Both the position numbers and the translations under genes were made by a program. Below are positions 62,301 to 64,000 of a stretch of DNA of 64,000 nucleotides, piece by piece. This DNA is from Protoeuglena noctilucae (lineage: Eukaryota), in contig OY253690.1 of assembly GCA_958009085.1 (NCBI GenBank), positions 1 through 64,000 on the forward strand, in the 5' to 3' direction. The notes below the pieces were generated by a model. That model searched no databases, had not been told where the DNA came from, and saw only the letters and a program-made list of their open reading frames with translations. Positions within the stretch are counted from its first letter, which is position 1. Each line of letters opens with the position of its first letter.

Positions 62301-64000
62301 TGCTGCTCACGAACTTGGTAGCATCCGAAGCCTTGCACGTAAGGTTGTTGCTGCCGCCCGAGGGAGCGTTCAGCGCCACCTTGAGAGTGCTGCCAGGCGT
62401 GTCGGCGCTTCCCTCGAGCACAATGACGGTGCCGTTGGATGTTCCGCCAATGGCGGCGGGAACGGCGGTCGCCGACCCGTACGTAGTGAGGACGTTGGTC
62501 GAGGCGATCGACTTGTTAGCGGCCGCCTGGGCGTACAGCACGAACTTGAGGGGGTCGGCGAGGACCGTGAAGGTCACGCTGTCGGTGGTGCTGAGGCCGC
62601 CGGAGGCCGAGCTGGGGGCGCACGTGACCGTGACGGACTTCTGCGCGCTAATGTCCGCGACCGTGCCGATAGTAAGGTTGACTGCGGTGGCAGTAGAGAT
62701 GGTGCTGGCGACCGTCACGCCCGTGATGACCGTCATGTCATTGGGGGTGCAGGTGATGGTCACTGCAGCGGTCGGGGCCGAGTTGGCCTTGATCGTGACT
62801 GTGCCGCCTGCTGAGTCCGCCTGCCCCTCGATGCGGACCACCTGGTTGTTGGTGGACGTGAGGTCCGTGTCAGCAGTGAAGGTAGTGTAGGTGCCGTCGG
62901 TGTTGATGGACTTGTTCACGCCGTTTTTAGCGGTGACGACCAGCTTCAGCGGCGTGGCAGCCACGTAAGTAGACGCAGTGCTGTAGACGCGCCCAGCCGC
63001 GTTGGCGGCCGTGCAGGTGAGCAGGACGTTGGTGGCGGTGCTGATGGACTGCACGGCCGGCAGGGTGATGGTCGAGGCCGAGGTGCCCGAGCCGCTGGCG
63101 ATCGAGACCGTGTAGTCGGTCCTGGTCGTGCTGTTGGCGAGGATGCCGCTCATGGTGCTGTCGACCAGGCACGTCACCGTCAGGGCCTCTGGGGCGCCCT
63201 GGTCCAGGACCACCATGAAGAGGCCGCCGGCGCCGTAGGCGCTGCCCTCGATGGCCAGCACGCTGTCGTTGGTGGTCAGCTTCTGGTTGGTGAGGAAGCT
63301 GGCGCCGGTGTCGCCGCGAACGGCGCTCGTGCCGGGGATGATGGAGAGGACCAGCGGGATCGCCGTGACGGTGGCCGTCGCCACGTCAGTGGGCGTCGTC
63401 TTGGCGGAAGACAGGTAGGCGCCCGTGACGTCCGCAGCGGCGGCACACGTCAGGGTGGCGTCCACACCGGCCGGGATGGGGTCCACCACGTCGACAGCGA
63501 AGGCGTACGTGCCGGCCGTCAGGGCGCTCGGGAGGGTGGTGCCCGAGGTCGCGCTGACAGCGCACGTTATGGTGACGGCCGTGGTCCCCGCCCCACACAC
63601 GAGCCCGGAGGCACAGGCCGAGCCGGCCGTGAGGGAGGGGAAGGAGATGGTGACCGGGTTCGTGGAGCTCGCCGAGGCCAGCGTGTATTGGTTGCTGGTG
63701 GCCACGGGCGAGGTCGTCTTGGAGGTGACGGTGACCCTGGAGGCGCTGCCGATGCTCCCGGTCGTGCCGGACGTGCAGGCGAGGTCGAACGAGCCGCCAT
63801 CTGCGACAGGCGAGATGACCTGGAGGACGATCTGGGCGCTGAGGAGCGAGACCTTCGAGCCGCTCGTGACGACGACGGCGGGGCCGCTGACAAGGGCCGT
63901 GGAAGCGTCCGTGGTGGTGCTCCCCGTGCTCAGGAGCGTCGACTTGGCGGCGTAGAAGGCGAGGTCGCTTGCCGCGTGCGCGACGCCCGCGAGGCCGAGC
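53319..64000 (-). CDS. Giant (>3,500 aa) Thr/Ser/Ala/Val-rich repeat cell-surface glycoprotein, predicted GPI-anchored; start lies just beyond the window
   Basis: Open frame from the window edge (LGLAGVAHA|ASD, signal-peptide end) to 53749. About 100-aa repeats each carry a Cys pair (C.SSN...VTYTC.P). RRALL motif precedes a 79-nt intron (53670-53748). The last exon has an S/T/P stalk and the hydrophobic tail KKSSAFMAATGSVLLVPPMLLAALL*. Confidence 0.88.

Noticed and set aside
55247..63955. Many plus-strand ORFs over the giant gene
   Set aside because: Antisense shadows caused by strong codon bias.

Overview
Eukaryotic chromosome end, GC-rich, intron-containing; probably a flagellated green alga (inference from an axonemal dynein, a RsmB with a transit-peptide-like N-terminus, and TTAGGG telomeres). 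From left to right: a (CCCTAA)n telomere added directly inside an axonemal dynein heavy chain gene; LSG1 GTPase; a myristoylated cNMP-dependent (PKG-like) kinase; kinase/WD40 relics; a ~17.7-kb multi-exon TTC3/DZIP3-like RING E3 ligase gene (Zn domain, RRM, PAM2-like motifs, RING); an RsmB/Sun rRNA m5C methyltransferase with an RGG/WG-rich extension; a beta-helix gene flanked by a patchwork duplicate of the RsmB 3' end; an F-box/ankyrin gene; a ~3.2-kb virus- or transposon-like cassette (hierarchical repeats, compact TATA-led intronless ORFs, a 5'-truncated C5 DNA methyltransferase); and a >3,500-aa predicted GPI-anchored repeat surface protein. The most unusual window-wide features are in the introns: many carry degenerate copies of the adjacent exon end plus its splice site, have G-rich/AT-rich/C-rich tripartite structure, and use GC donors unusually often. 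Exon boundaries were read by hand and are approximate; all homology calls come from motif recognition, not database searches.
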